The position numbers were made by a program, and so were the translations under genes. From the NCBI RefSeq assembly GCF_036971445.1, contig NC_091478.1, positions 103,044,001 through 103,108,000 of the forward strand: a stretch of 64,000 nt of DNA, given 5' to 3'. The stretch's first letter is position 1. Every line of letters starts with the position of its first letter. Below, piece by piece: positions 63,451 to 64,000 of the stretch. Below the pieces are notes generated by a model. The model saw only the letters and a program-made list of their open reading frames with translations, was not told where the DNA came from and did no database searches. Origin of the DNA: Narcine bancroftii. Lineage: Eukaryota.

Positions 63451-64000
63451 TAACTGACCTTCTCTTCTGGTGTTTACTACTCCCACCCTGGGGAAAAGGT
63501 GCTGGCTGTCTACCTTATCTATGCCTTTTGTAATCTTCTAAACCTTTTTCTCCCCCAACCCCCCACTGATGCTGTTTGACCTGCTGAGTTCCTCCAGCAG
63601 AATACAAGATTACACAGTGTTTCATGTACCTGACTAAGGGCTCAGGCCCGGAAAGTTGGTTACCCTTTACATCCTATGGATGCTGTGTGACCTGCTTGAT
63701 TTCTCAAGTATGCTTGGGTATTGCACTCAAACTCAGTATCTGCAGAATTTCTTGTTCCTCCAGCAGATTGTTTTCAATTCAATAAGGTGATTGGAGAGAG
63801 GGTACTTACAGCATGTAAAACCAGACACAAGGTTAAGGGTTAAATCACAAAAAAGGGTTATAGAAAGCTGATCAAAACACAAATGCTGAAGGAACTCAGC
63901 TGGTCTTGCAGCGCCCATATGAGGTAAAGATATATTACCAATGATTTGGGCCTGAGCCCTTCCTCAGGTAATCTGGAATAGCCCCCTCACTCTCTCAAAT

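Overview
Vertebrate genomic DNA, most likely a cartilaginous fish (ray or shark), judged from the repeat landscape (CR1, Rex1, RTE, L1, Penelope-derived and tRNA-SINE repeats). It is not prokaryotic, so most entries in the ORF track are noise. Four host genes are supportable by recognition from memory: a two-coding-exon C16orf46-like gene (minus strand), an intronless MPLKIP head-to-head with it across a CpG island holding two RFX X-boxes, an intronless PPP1R3D/E-like glycogen-targeting PP1 subunit, and exon 1 of TMEM67 (meckelin). The rest is largely transposon-derived: a full-length decayed L1 with TSDs, an ORF1-only internally deleted L1 with intact ORF1 and TSDs, a decayed Ty3/Gypsy element with a nested L1, CR1/Rex1/RTE fragments, several MITEs, and many Penelope-derived repeats with degenerate hammerhead-ribozyme cores. 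Two large G/C-skewed tandem arrays sit directly upstream of the PPP1R3-like gene and TMEM67. No database searches were run.
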